Shown here in pieces: positions 40,744 through 50,052 of a DNA stretch of 64,000 bases. Location: positions 128,001 through 192,000 of the forward strand of contig OZ245817.1 of NCBI GenBank assembly GCA_965228475.1, read 5' to 3'. Positions within the stretch are counted from its first letter, which is position 1, and every line of letters begins with the position of its first letter. The stretch is from Myxococcota bacterium. GTDB taxonomy: Bacteria > Myxococcota_A > UBA9160 > JAFDDA01. The position numbers and the translations under genes are program-made. The notes beneath the pieces were generated by a model. It made no database searches. It was not told where the DNA came from and was given only the letters and a program-made list of their open reading frames with translations.

Positions 40744-42435
40744 TCAGCCCTCCCGGCTCGGGAGCCGGATCTCTTCGACCAGGGCCTGCACCTCCCGCGG
40801 CGGGGGCGGCGTGAAGCGCGTGATCGTGAGAGTGACGGCGAAGTTCAGAAGCATGCCGAGGGTCCCGATGCCCTCCGGGCTGATGCCGAACCACCAGTCT
40901 TCGGGACCCCCGCGGCCGAGGATCTTGAACCAGACGATGTAGCCCGCGGTGAAGCCGATGCCGGCGACCATGCCGGCGATCGCGCCTTCCTTGGTGACGC
41001 GCTTGCTGAACACGCCGAGCACGAGCACCGGGAAGAAGCTCGCCGCCGCGAGGCCGAAGGCGAAGGCCACGACCGCGGCCACGTAGTCTGGTGGGTGGAT
41101 GCCGAACCAGCCCGCCACGAGCACCGCGGCGCCGGCGGCCGCGCGGGCGTAGAAGAGCTCGCGCGCCTCGCTCATGCCCTGATTGAAGATCGACTTCATG
41201 AGGTCGTGGGAGACCGAGGAAGAGATCACGAGCAGGAGGCCTGCGGCGGTCGAGAGTGCCGCGGCGAGCCCGCCGGCCGCGACGAGGGCGACGACCCAGG
41301 CCGGGAGCTCGGCGATCTCCGGGTTCGCGAGCACCATGATGTCGCGGTCGATCTCGAGCTCGCGCGTCGCCGGGTCTTCGCCGTACTGGATCAGCCCGTC
41401 GCCGTTGCGGTCCGTGAAGGTGATCAGCCCGGTGGCTTCCCAGTTGCGGAACCACTCCGGGGCTTCCTCGACGGGCCGTTCGTGGAGCGTCTGGATCAGG
41501 TTGACCCGCGCGAAGGCCGCCACGGCCGGCGCCGTCGTGTAGAGCAGGGCGATGAACAGCAGCGCCCACATGACGCTCCAGCGCGCGAGCCGCGCCGACT
41601 TCACCGTGTAGAAGCGGATCAGCACGTGGGGCAGCCCCGCCGTCCCGACCATCAGCGCCACGGTGATCGCCAGCATGTCGACCATCGACTTCTTGCCGGC
41701 GACGAAGGCGCCCGTGTACTCGGGGAGGCCGAGATCGCGGTGGATGCCGTCGATCGCCTCGAGCAGGAACACGCCGGCCCGCTCGCCCTCGACGAGCTCC
41801 GAGCCGAAGCCGAGCTGCGGGATCGGGTTGCCCGTCATCTTCATGGAGATCGCGACGGCCGGGATCCAGTAGGCCACGATCAACACGCAGTACTGGGCCA
41901 CCTGGGTGTAGGTGATCCCGCGCATGCCGCCGAGGGTCGCGTAGAGGAAGACGAGGGCCATCCCGATGTAGACGCCGGTGTCGATGTCCACTTCGAGGAA
42001 GCGCGAGAACACGACGCCGACGCCGCGCATCTGGCCCGCGACGTAGGTGAAGGAGATGAAGATCGCGCAGACCACGGCGACGACGCGCGCGGCCTGGGAG
42101 TAGTAGCGGTCGCCGACGAACTCCGGGACGGTGAAGCGCCCGTACTTGCGCAGGTAGGGCGCGAGCAGCAGCGCGAGCAGGACGTAGCCGCCGGTCCAGC
42201 CGAGCAGATAGATCGTCCCGTCGTAGCCCATGAACGAGATCAGGCCGGCCATCGAGATGAACGAGGCCGCGCTCATCCAATCGGCGCCGGTGGCGAGGCC
42301 GTTCGCGATGGCCGGCACGCCCTGGCCCGCGACGTAGAACCCGCGCGTCGTCTGCACCCGGCTCCAGATGGCGATGCCGATGTAGAGGGCGAAGGTCGCG
42401 CCGACGATCAGGTAGGTCCAGCTCTGGATGTCCAC
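40744..42435 (-). CDS. Sodium:solute symporter, ActP-like
   Basis: ADWMSAASF, GTAGLPH..IRF, AAALST. Confidence 0.9.
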   Translation of the reverse strand: MDIQSWTYLIVGATFALYIGIAIWSRVQTTRGFYVAGQGVPAIANGLATGADWMSAASFISMAGLISFMGYDGTIYLLGWTGGYVLLALLLAPYLRKYGRFTVPEFVGDRYYSQAARVVAVVCAIFISFTYVAGQMRGVGVVFSRFLEVDIDTGVYIGMALVFLYATLGGMRGITYTQVAQYCVLIVAYWIPAVAISMKMTGNPIPQLGFGSELVEGERAGVFLLEAIDGIHRDLGLPEYTGAFVAGKKSMVDMLAITVALMVGTAGLPHVLIRFYTVKSARLARWSVMWALLFIALLYTTAPAVAAFARVNLIQTLHERPVEEAPEWFRNWEATGLITFTDRNGDGLIQYGEDPATRELEIDRDIMVLANPEIAELPAWVVALVAAGGLAAALSTAAGLLLVISSSVSHDLMKSIFNQGMSEARELFYARAAAGAAVLVAGWFGIHPPDYVAAVVAFAFGLAAASFFPVLVLGVFSKRVTKEGAIAGMVAGIGFTAGYIVWFKILGRGGPEDWWFGISPEGIGTLGMLLNFAVTLTITRFTPPPPREVQALVEEIRLPSREG

Positions 42436-42439
42436 GCGG

Positions 42440-42733
42440 CTAGTCGTCCCACCGGCGCTTGGGCGCTTCCGGCGGCGGCGGCATGCGCCGCTCGAGCCGG
42501 TCCATCCACACCGCGTAGATCAGGACGAGCACCACGAAGATGACGATCGCGCCCTGTTGGGCGAACCAGAAGCCGAGCGGAAAACCGCCGAGCTGGAACT
42601 CGTTCAAGGGGCGGACCCAGAGAATCCCGAGTCCGAAGGAAGAGACGAACCAGACCACGAGCAGCGAAAGCAGCAGTCGCAGGTTGGCGCGCCAGTAGGA
42701 TCTGGCGGCGCGGTCGTGCTTCGCGTCGCTCAT
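42440..42733 (-). CDS. DUF4212 small symporter-associated membrane protein
   Basis: YWRANL, GFPLGFWFAQQG. Confidence 0.88.
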   Translation of the reverse strand: MSDAKHDRAARSYWRANLRLLLSLLVVWFVSSFGLGILWVRPLNEFQLGGFPLGFWFAQQGAIVIFVVLVLIYAVWMDRLERRMPPPPEAPKRRWDD

Positions 42734-42822
42734 GGGCGCTTGCGGAAGGGAAGCGAGGAGCCCGCGCGGAACTGGACCGTTCTCTCGAACGGACCGTTCT
42801 CGCGCGGGCGATCCTTGGATCG

Positions 42823-43074
42823 CTAGTTGCGGCGCTTCTCGAGAGCCGGGTTCACGCGCAGCGGGCGTCCGCCGTAGTCGCGGCCGTCCAGCTCGGCGAT
42901 GGCCTTGTCGACGCCAGCGTCGTCGAGCTCGACGAAGCCGAAGCCGCGGGATCGACCCGTCTCACGGTCGGTAATGACGGAGGCCGAAGCCACCTCACCG
43001 TAGGTCGCGAACAACTCCTTCAAGTCCGCGTCCGTGGTGGCCCAGGGGAGGTTGCCGACATAGATCTTCTTCAC
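42823..43074 (-). CDS. RRM RNA-binding protein
   Basis: IYVGNL (RNP2), RGFGFVE (RNP1). Confidence 0.93.
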   Translation of the reverse strand: MKKIYVGNLPWATTDADLKELFATYGEVASASVITDRETGRSRGFGFVELDDAGVDKAIAELDGRDYGGRPLRVNPALEKRRN

Positions 43075-43414
43075 AAACAGACTCCGCCCGAGGCGTTCAT
43101 CCTGCGGGCTTTCGGTTGGTGCGCACCCGCTTCGAGCGAACGCAACACCGACGATCGAACCGCACGAGCCCCGTGCTCGTGCAGCGCACTCTGGAACCGG
43201 ACCGTCTGGATGGAGGTTGACTCGACCGGAGCAGGCAGTTTCCTGAGGGCTCGGGAAAGGCTAGGGCAACGCCCTGCGCACTGCCAACGAGGGGGTGCGC
43301 GGGGAACTGACCCACCAATCAATAAGGGCTCTTCGCCGGGGGCCGGCCGTGCGCACCGGCCCCGGTGAGGTGCGGCCGGTGCGCCAAAACGGCTCGGTGG
43401 GTCTCCGGGTCCGC

Positions 43415-43660
43415 CTAGGTGAGCCGGCGGTAGCCGAACAGGAGCAGCAGCGCGCCCCCGACGGAGATCGCGACGCTTCCGACGTTGAAGCCGGTCACGG
43501 TGCCGATCCCGAGGAAGGAAGCCAGGAACCCGCCAACGAAGGCCCCGGCCACGCCGATCAGCATGGTCACGACGAGGCCGCCCGGGTCCTTGCCCGGCAT
43601 GATCCACTTGGCGAGGGCGCCGACCAGAAGCCCCATCAGAATCCAGGAAATGATGCCCAT
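43415..43660 (-). CDS. GlsB/YeaQ/YmgE membrane protein
   Basis: WILMGLLVGALAKWIMPG. Confidence 0.9.
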   Translation of the reverse strand: MGIISWILMGLLVGALAKWIMPGKDPGGLVVTMLIGVAGAFVGGFLASFLGIGTVTGFNVGSVAISVGGALLLLFGYRRLT

Positions 43661-43724
43661 CTCGTCCTCCGAAAACGCTGCGCGCTACGGCGTGCCGTGA
43701 CGCAGCGGGAAAATTGCACCCGGA

Positions 43725-44105
43725 CTAGCCGTGGCGGCGAACCACCATCACCTCGTAGCGGCCCTTCGGGCCCACGGTCCAGGAGGCGAACCAGCCGGTG
43801 ACGCCGACGATCAGCGAGGCGATGAGCGCCGAGCCGAGGCCCGCGATCCGGAAGTCCTCGAGCAGCCACGCCACCAGGCCCAGCATGCCCGCGTTCACGA
43901 CCCAGAGGAAGAGGCCGAGCGTGAGCAGCGTGATCGGTAGCGTCAGGAAGATGGCGATCGGCCGCACGAAGGCGTTCACGAAGCCGAGCAGCAGGGCGGC
44001 GAGGGCCAGGGTGCGCGCGTCGGCGATCTCGACGCCGGGGACGAGGCGCGCGGCCAGCCACAGGCCGGCGGCCGTGATGGCCATGCGCAGCAGGAATCCG
44101 AGCAT
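43725..44105 (-). CDS. YvlD/DUF360 4-TM (holin-like family) membrane protein
   Basis: NAFVRP...LTLP..LLTLGLF.WVVNA. Confidence 0.85.
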   Translation of the reverse strand: MLGFLLRMAITAAGLWLAARLVPGVEIADARTLALAALLLGFVNAFVRPIAIFLTLPITLLTLGLFLWVVNAGMLGLVAWLLEDFRIAGLGSALIASLIVGVTGWFASWTVGPKGRYEVMVVRRHG

Positions 44106-44119
44106 GGGGCGTCTCCTTC

Positions 44120-44473
44120 CTAGCCGAGTGCGAGGGGTGCCAGCAGGGTGAGCCCGATCGCGGCCTCGAAGGCGATGCCCCCGAAGTTCTTGGCTTCGCG
44201 GCTCGCGTCGACGACGGCCGAGAAGGCCCGGCCGGCCGCGGCGCCGAGCCACGCCAGCCCTAATACGGTCCAGACGGCCGGTTGGTTCATCGCGAGCCCG
44301 CAGGCTCCGAGGGCGACGAAGAAGCCTCCGTAGGTCGCGCGGATCTCCGAGCGGCCGACGAGGCCCACGGGGGCCATGCTCGTGAAGGCCGCGGCCTGGT
44401 CCGGCCGGAGGAGCCCCAGCAGGCCGAGTCCGAGGGTGAGGACCGAACCGAGGATGGGGAGCGTCTCGATCAT
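44120..44473 (-). CDS. DUF4345-like membrane protein
   Basis: SEIRATYGG, 4 TM. Confidence 0.75.
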   Translation of the reverse strand: MIETLPILGSVLTLGLGLLGLLRPDQAAAFTSMAPVGLVGRSEIRATYGGFFVALGACGLAMNQPAVWTVLGLAWLGAAAGRAFSAVVDASREAKNFGGIAFEAAIGLTLLAPLALG

Positions 44474-44886
44474 GCTGCCTCCCGTGCGAGCTGGCGCCAG
44501 GCGACGGCGCCGAGGGCGAATCCGCCGAGTTCGGCGGCGTGAAGGGCCAGGCCGAGCGGGGCCGGGACCCCGACGATGAAGCCACTGACGAAACGAGCGA
44601 GGGCGAGCCCGCCGAAGGTCAGGAGCTGGAGCGCGAGGGCGGGCCGGTACCACGCGGGCCGTCCGGCCGAGATCACGAGGAACGCCGCGACGCCGAGCTG
44701 GAGGCCGCCGTAGACCGCGCGCACGTCGTTGTCCGCGGTCGCGCCGGCGAGGGAAACGTCGACGTGGGCGGCCATGGCGCTCGGCGCCAGCAGGAAGGCG
44801 AACCCGATCCCGCCGAAGGCCAGCGCCGAGCCGAGCAGGACGAAACGCGTCAATCGCTCAGCCGGCGAAGGCACCGCAGATCGCAC
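44470..44886 (-). CDS. DUF4345-like membrane protein
   Basis: NDVRAVYGGLQLG, 4 TM; start uncertain. Confidence 0.75.
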   Translation of the reverse strand: MRSAVPSPAERLTRFVLLGSALAFGGIGFAFLLAPSAMAAHVDVSLAGATADNDVRAVYGGLQLGVAAFLVISAGRPAWYRPALALQLLTFGGLALARFVSGFIVGVPAPLGLALHAAELGGFALGAVAWRQLAREAA

Positions 44887-45268
44887 CCATCAGCACGAGA
44901 TAGATCGCCCGGTAGCTCATCTGGATGACGTAGAGCGTCCGGCTCCAGCCGGAGAAGAGGGCGTCGGAGAGCATGGTCATCGCGACGATGCCGAAGCCGA
45001 GCAGCGCGCCGAGGGCCGCGCCCGCCAAGGCGGTGGTGGTTCCGGTCGCGACGACGAGCAGGTCGACCGCGACGGCGGCGACGAAGCACGAGAAGATGCT
45101 TCCTCCCATCGCGGTGCCCGAAGGCGCGAGCGTCTCTTCCGTCTCGCCGAGTTCGGCCATCCAGGCGGGGCCGAACAGGGCCGGGGAGTACCACGCGGCG
45201 CCGAGGCCGCCGGCCACGACGGTCGAGATCAGGATCGCCAGGGGGTGCAGATTCGACAGGTCGAACAT
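44858..45268 (-). CDS. DUF1761 membrane protein
   Basis: GAAWYSP.LFG.AW. Confidence 0.8.
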   Translation of the reverse strand: MFDLSNLHPLAILISTVVAGGLGAAWYSPALFGPAWMAELGETEETLAPSGTAMGGSIFSCFVAAVAVDLLVVATGTTTALAGAALGALLGFGIVAMTMLSDALFSGWSRTLYVIQMSYRAIYLVLMGAICGAFAG

Positions 45269-45317
45269 GGGGCCTCCGTTCGGCCCGGATGGGCTTGCGT
45301 TCGGCCCGGGCACCGTA

Positions 45318-45839
45318 TCACGGAGGTGGCGCGGGGGTCTCGGGCGGGCTTCGCCGGAGGCCGAGGGCCAGCAGGCCGATCCCCGCGAAGATCAGGACGT
45401 CGGCGAGGTTGAAGTACCCCGTGCGGAGGATGCCGTACCCGACGCTCACGAAGTCCGTGACCGCGCCGTGGATCACGCGGTCGAGCCAGTTCCCGATTCC
45501 GCCGCCGGCGACCAGGCCGAGCCCGACGGCCATGCGCGGGGTGGTGAGGGGGTCGCGCAGCATCCAGAAGCACACCAGGGCGAGGGAGCACGGCACGGCC
45601 ACGGCGAAGATCCAGAACCGCGCGTCCTCGGGGAGGCCCGCGCCGAAGCTCATGAAGCCGCCCGGGTTCGGGACGAGCGCGATGCGAACGAAGTCGGAGA
45701 GCCAGGCCATCGGCGGCGACCCCTCGAGCCAGCGGATCGCCGCGAGCTTGGTGGCCTGGTCGGCGACCGCGGCGGCGGCGAGCGCCGCTCCGAAGCCGCC
45801 GAGGAGCGGGGGCCTTTCGGGAAGGGGAGCCTCCGCCAC
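45318..45839 (-). CDS. lspA: Lipoprotein signal peptidase II
   Basis: DQATK, GGGIGNWLDR, VTDF, FNLAD. Confidence 0.9.
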   Translation of the reverse strand: MAEAPLPERPPLLGGFGAALAAAAVADQATKLAAIRWLEGSPPMAWLSDFVRIALVPNPGGFMSFGAGLPEDARFWIFAVAVPCSLALVCFWMLRDPLTTPRMAVGLGLVAGGGIGNWLDRVIHGAVTDFVSVGYGILRTGYFNLADVLIFAGIGLLALGLRRSPPETPAPPP

Positions 45840-45842
45840 CGG

Positions 45843-47198
45843 CTAGCCCTCCGCCGGTTCCTTGACGATGGCGTCGCCGACCCGGATGGCGCCCCCGCGC
45901 AGCACGCGCGTGTTCACGCCGCGAAGCCGCATCGCCATCCCCTCCGTCGAGTTGACGAAGCGCATGGCGTCCTTGCCGAAGCGCCGGACGAACTTGATGC
46001 AGCCGGCGTGGGGTTCGGGGGTGACCTCGACCTGCGCCGGTCCGATCGTGAGTCGGGTTCCGGGCGGCAGGTGCTCGCTCGAGAGGTCGAAGTCCACGTA
46101 GAGCTGATCCCCCGCCAGGGGCCAGTGCGCCTCTTCGCCGGCGATCAGGGCCGCCGCGCGCGCGTTCATCAGGGTGAGCTGCGTCTCGGGGTGGGCCTGG
46201 CCGTCCGGGCGCTTCGGGTTGCCGCGCCGCTTCCAGCAATCCCCGACCAGGCCGACCTCCGCATCGAGCTCGGCCGCTTCGACGACCTCGCGCGCTTCGG
46301 GCTCCGGCCGCCGCACGATCAGGCGCAGCGTGCCCTCGGCGCGCGGCGAGCGCCGGACCTCTTCGAGCCCCGCTTCGAGCTCCGCGGTCGGCCGCGGGCG
46401 GGGGAGCGTGGACTCGTTCGGCATGCTCGGTTCTCCCGTGCGCTCCGCGACGTAGCGGATGAAAGCAGCGACTTCCTCGGCCGGCGCCGGATCGATCGTA
46501 TCGTCGGTGCGCCAGCTTCGCGACCGATCTGCGAGGGCGCGCCACGCAGCGGGTAGGTTCTCTCGTGCCCACGCGACCGCGTCGGGTTTCGTCGCGAGCG
46601 TTCCCGTCTCGGCGGTGTGGAGTGCGCGACAGAGCGTCTCGAAGACGTAGGCCTGATGGCGCCGCCGCCCTCCGAACACCTGCGGATCGTCCGGGTGCCG
46701 GCTCCAGACGAGCCACTCCCTCGCGCGCTGTCGCGCAGCTCGTGCGAGTTCGTCGGGGGGTAGGGGCGGAAACCACACCGTGGCTGGCGGGCCGAGCAGG
46801 GCGCGTCCGTGTGTGTGCAGCGTCGCACGCTCGAAGATCCAGTTCGCTTCGTGCGGGAGCCACGCGAGGGGCTCGCCCCGAGCCCGGGTTGCGTGGAGTT
46901 CGCCGGGTGTGAAGGTGCGCGCTGCTTCTCGGTCGAAGTAGACGCACTCGAGGTGCCAGCCCCAGGGTCGGTGTTCTCGGGAGAGGTCTTCGTGCCAGAC
47001 GGAGAGCGCTTCGAACTCCGCTTCGTCGATGCGCCGCTGCGTCACGCATGCGAGGTCGATGTCGCTCGTTGCCGGATCGAACCCGCCGGTTGCCAGGGAG
47101 CCGCGCAGGTAGAGGCCGAGGACGTTCTTGCCGAGCCTGCGCTGTACGCCCTCGATGCAGCTCGAGAGAAGCGCTTCGACCTCAGGGGGAACGTGCAC
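45843..47198 (-). CDS. AadA-like nucleotidyltransferase/DUF4111 domain in frame with a MOSC domain (internal start 46424)
   Basis: GLYLRGSLATGGF...SDIDL; no stop before MPNES...GLVGD, AGDQL.VD.DLS, PHAGC.KF, RGVN. Confidence 0.75.
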   Translation of the reverse strand: MHVPPEVEALLSSCIEGVQRRLGKNVLGLYLRGSLATGGFDPATSDIDLACVTQRRIDEAEFEALSVWHEDLSREHRPWGWHLECVYFDREAARTFTPGELHATRARGEPLAWLPHEANWIFERATLHTHGRALLGPPATVWFPPLPPDELARAARQRAREWLVWSRHPDDPQVFGGRRRHQAYVFETLCRALHTAETGTLATKPDAVAWARENLPAAWRALADRSRSWRTDDTIDPAPAEEVAAFIRYVAERTGEPSMPNESTLPRPRPTAELEAGLEEVRRSPRAEGTLRLIVRRPEPEAREVVEAAELDAEVGLVGDCWKRRGNPKRPDGQAHPETQLTLMNARAAALIAGEEAHWPLAGDQLYVDFDLSSEHLPPGTRLTIGPAQVEVTPEPHAGCIKFVRRFGKDAMRFVNSTEGMAMRLRGVNTRVLRGGAIRVGDAIVKEPAEG

Positions 47199-47200
47199 GG

Positions 47201-48340
47201 TCAGCCCTCTTCTTCGAGGTGGCTTCCCGAGAAGTCGTCGCCGCCGGCAGCGAGCCAGGCTTCTTCCTCGGCGGTGGCCTCGCGGCCGAGCGGGCCGTTG
47301 CGATGGGGGAAGCGGCCGAAGCGCGTGATCACCGCGCGGTGTCGCTCGGCGTAGCCGACGAAGTCCGAAAACTGCGGCCGGAGCGCTTCGCTCGCCCGCG
47401 GGACGAGCCGTTCGAAGCAGGCGACCGAGCGGTCCTGGAGCGCGAGGTCTTCGGCGTGCTCGAAGGGGAGGTAGAGGAAGGCGGCGAGCGCCGGGGAGAC
47501 GCGCTCGTCGAAGCCGCGTGCGATGGCGCGCTCCGCCACCTCGGCCGCTCGGGCGTCGCAGGCGAAGGCCTCGCCGCTTCCGCGCCGCAGGTTCCGTGGC
47601 AGCTGATCGAGGGCGATCACCAGGGCGACCGCCGAGCGCGGGGCTTCCTCCCACGCCGCGAGTTCTCCGGACATCGCGAGTTCGGGGAGGTGCGCGAAGC
47701 GCCGGGCGAGGGCGCGGTCGAGCTCCGCGCTGCCGCCGAACCAGAGCCTCACGCGCTCCCCGAAGGCCTCGGCCGAGTGTTCGCAGGCTCCGAACCAGAA
47801 GGAGAGCAACGCCTCGGGGTTCGTCTCCGAAAGGTCGAGCGCCATGTGGGTCTCCGAGGCCGAGCCGCCTCCGGCGCGTAGGGCGTCGGGCTCGGTCCCC
47901 CAGGCCTCGAAGCCGGCACGCTCGTAGAGTCGCCGCGCCGTGACCGCCGTCGAGGCGACGGAGAGGTGGAGCCAGTCGACGCCCTCCATCCCGCGCGCCG
48001 CTTCGATCGCCGCCTCGACCAGCGCCGCGCCGACGCCCGCGCCGCGCGCGCCCGGCCGGACCCAGGCGCCCCAGACGATCGCCTTGTGGCGGGCCTTCAG
48101 GGCGTCCTCGCGCCGGACGCCCATCATTCCGCACGGGCTGCCGTCCGCGTCGATCGCCGCGAAGACCTTCGCGTCCGCGTTCGCCGCGAGGCGTTCGCGG
48201 GCAACGTCCGGGTCGAGCCCGGCGTCCTGCTCGGGCGAGCTCAGGAACGCGAGGGGGGCGTCTTCGAGGGCCTCACGGCGAAGGGCGCAGAACGCCTCGG
48301 CGTCCTCGGGCCCGAGCAGGCGAACCTTCGGAGCGGTCAT
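47201..48340 (-). CDS. GNAT acetyltransferase fused to DUF924 domain
   Basis: RGAGVGAAL, LYERAGF; then FWF, DQLPRN, YLPFEHAE, FGRFPHRN. Confidence 0.82.
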   Translation of the reverse strand: MTAPKVRLLGPEDAEAFCALRREALEDAPLAFLSSPEQDAGLDPDVARERLAANADAKVFAAIDADGSPCGMMGVRREDALKARHKAIVWGAWVRPGARGAGVGAALVEAAIEAARGMEGVDWLHLSVASTAVTARRLYERAGFEAWGTEPDALRAGGGSASETHMALDLSETNPEALLSFWFGACEHSAEAFGERVRLWFGGSAELDRALARRFAHLPELAMSGELAAWEEAPRSAVALVIALDQLPRNLRRGSGEAFACDARAAEVAERAIARGFDERVSPALAAFLYLPFEHAEDLALQDRSVACFERLVPRASEALRPQFSDFVGYAERHRAVITRFGRFPHRNGPLGREATAEEEAWLAAGGDDFSGSHLEEEG

Positions 48341-48389
48341 CGGGGTTTCCTCGGTGCGTCGGGCTCGCGCGGGTACCGCCGCGCGGCGT

Positions 48390-48797
48390 TCAGCCCGGGA
48401 CGCGGTCGAAGGTGGCGATGCCTTCCGGGACCTGATGGAAGGGCTGCTTGTCGCACAGGTAGATCGCCATCTGCGGCTGGCCGAAGACGCTCGGATCGTC
48501 GAGGGTGCCGACCTTCAGGATCACGGTGCCGCCCATGCTCGGCGGGCGGCTCGCGATCTGGGTTCCGCAGTCGCCGCAGAACTCCCGGGCGACGGGCGAG
48601 TCGAGGTCCGCACGCTGGTAGACCTTCGGCGTGCCCTTCGTGTAGCGGAAGCCCGCGTCCGCCATGCCGAGCGCCATGTTCGGGGCGCCGCCCGAGACGT
48701 ACTGGCACTCGCGGCAGTGGCACTGGCCCTTGAAGACGGGGTCGCCTTCGACTTCGTACTCGAGGTTCCCGCAATAGCACCGGCCGGTCATGGACAT
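48390..48797 (-). CDS. GFA family protein
   Basis: GRCYCG, CHCRECQ, FCGDCG. Confidence 0.92.
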   Translation of the reverse strand: MSMTGRCYCGNLEYEVEGDPVFKGQCHCRECQYVSGGAPNMALGMADAGFRYTKGTPKVYQRADLDSPVAREFCGDCGTQIASRPPSMGGTVILKVGTLDDPSVFGQPQMAIYLCDKQPFHQVPEGIATFDRVPG

Positions 48798-48869
48798 CGC
48801 ACGTTCCTCCTGGCATTCGGGGCGATGGGCCGATCATACCACCCGGCCGTTCGCGGAGGCGCGGCCCTT

Positions 48870-49328
48870 TCAGTCGAGCCAGGCCTGGAGTTCGACCACG
48901 TTGCCCTCCGGGTCGCGCAGGTAGCACCACTGGACGCGCCTCCCATCGCTCGAGACCGAGGTCACGACCTCGCCGATGGCACGGCCGCCGGCGGCGAGCA
49001 CCTCCTCGCGCGCGGCCGGAACGGAGGGGACGGCGAAGGCGATGTGGCCGTAGCCGTGCCGGTTCGGGGCGTCGTCGCCGGAGGGCTGGTCCGGTTCGTA
49101 CTGGAAGATCTCGAGGGTCGGGCCGTCCGGGCCGCCGCCCGGAAGCCGGAGGTGCAGACCACGCAGGCGCGCCCCGGAGATCGCGGTCGCCGCGTCGAGA
49201 TCCGCGCCCGTGTAGTCGCGTTCGGGCGGGACGGGCTCGCAGCCGAACACGTCCTGGTAGAAGCGGGCCAGCCGATGGAAGTCCGCGGCGATCAGGTTGG
49301 TGTGGACGTAGCGGGCGCCGGCGATCAT
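48870..49328 (-). CDS. VOC/glyoxalase family protein
   Basis: HTNL, GHIAFAV, DPEGNVVEL. Confidence 0.88.
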   Translation of the reverse strand: MIAGARYVHTNLIAADFHRLARFYQDVFGCEPVPPERDYTGADLDAATAISGARLRGLHLRLPGGGPDGPTLEIFQYEPDQPSGDDAPNRHGYGHIAFAVPSVPAAREEVLAAGGRAIGEVVTSVSSDGRRVQWCYLRDPEGNVVELQAWLD

Positions 49329-49681
49329 CTCGGACCCGAGGAGACGGCCCGCGCGGGCCAGAGCGTCGCGATGCTCGCGCGTCCGCGTTCGTCGACGGTG
49401 CAGTGGTCGAGCACGGTGGCACCGATCTCCCGGGGGCTCGCGTCGTCGTAGCGGTAGACGAGATCGATCACGCGAAACCAGTGGGCGAGGCCGGCCTTGG
49501 ACTTGGCGGCCTCCCGGGCGACCGCCCGCTGCGCTTCGAGCGTGGCCCCGCGCTCCCGCTGGCTCGCGATGAGCACGAAGGAGTTCGCGATCTGGCTGCA
49601 CGCGCGCGGCACGCGAGGGACTTCCGGCTGCCCGCAGGCGGCGAGCAGGAGCGGGAGAAGGAGGAGCGGAGTGCGGGTCAC
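49325..49681 (-). CDS. Hypothetical lipoprotein
   Basis: LAAC lipobox; overlap-coupled to next gene. Confidence 0.65.
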   Translation of the reverse strand: MTRTPLLLLPLLLAACGQPEVPRVPRACSQIANSFVLIASQRERGATLEAQRAVAREAAKSKAGLAHWFRVIDLVYRYDDASPREIGATVLDHCTVDERGRASIATLWPARAVSSGPR

Positions 49682-49696
49682 CCCTCGGCCCGCGGT

Positions 49697-49966
49697 CTAG
49701 ATGCCGAGCCGCGCGAGCGCGTCGGCCACGGCGCCGACGGCGGCCGTCAGGTTCGGATGCGACTCCTCGAACTGGAGGCCCGCTTCGCGAACCCGCTCGA
49801 CCAGGGAGTCCTCTTCGTCGGAGTCCGGACGCTCCGCTTCGAGCCGGCCTTCGACCTCCTCGAGCACGGCGTCGAGGCGCGCCCGCTGCTCCGGGGTCAG
49901 CGGCTCGCCTCGCTCGAGCGTTTCGTGGACGTCCTTGACGCGGGCGCGAAGGGATTCGGGTGACAT
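49697..49966 (-). CDS. DUF4404-like protein
   Basis: FEESHP.LT......LA.LGI. Confidence 0.8.
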   Translation of the reverse strand: MSPESLRARVKDVHETLERGEPLTPEQRARLDAVLEEVEGRLEAERPDSDEEDSLVERVREAGLQFEESHPNLTAAVGAVADALARLGI

Positions 49967-50052
49967 GCCGAGACGCTAGCGGGCTCCGAGGGCGCCGCCA
50001 CGGCCCCGGCACTCCGGCCGAGCGCGATCCCGCACCCTGCTAGAGTGCCGCC

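Noticed and set aside
43725..44105. Holin as prophage evidence
   Set aside because: YvlD/DUF360 is commonly chromosomal; no endolysin or phage genes nearby
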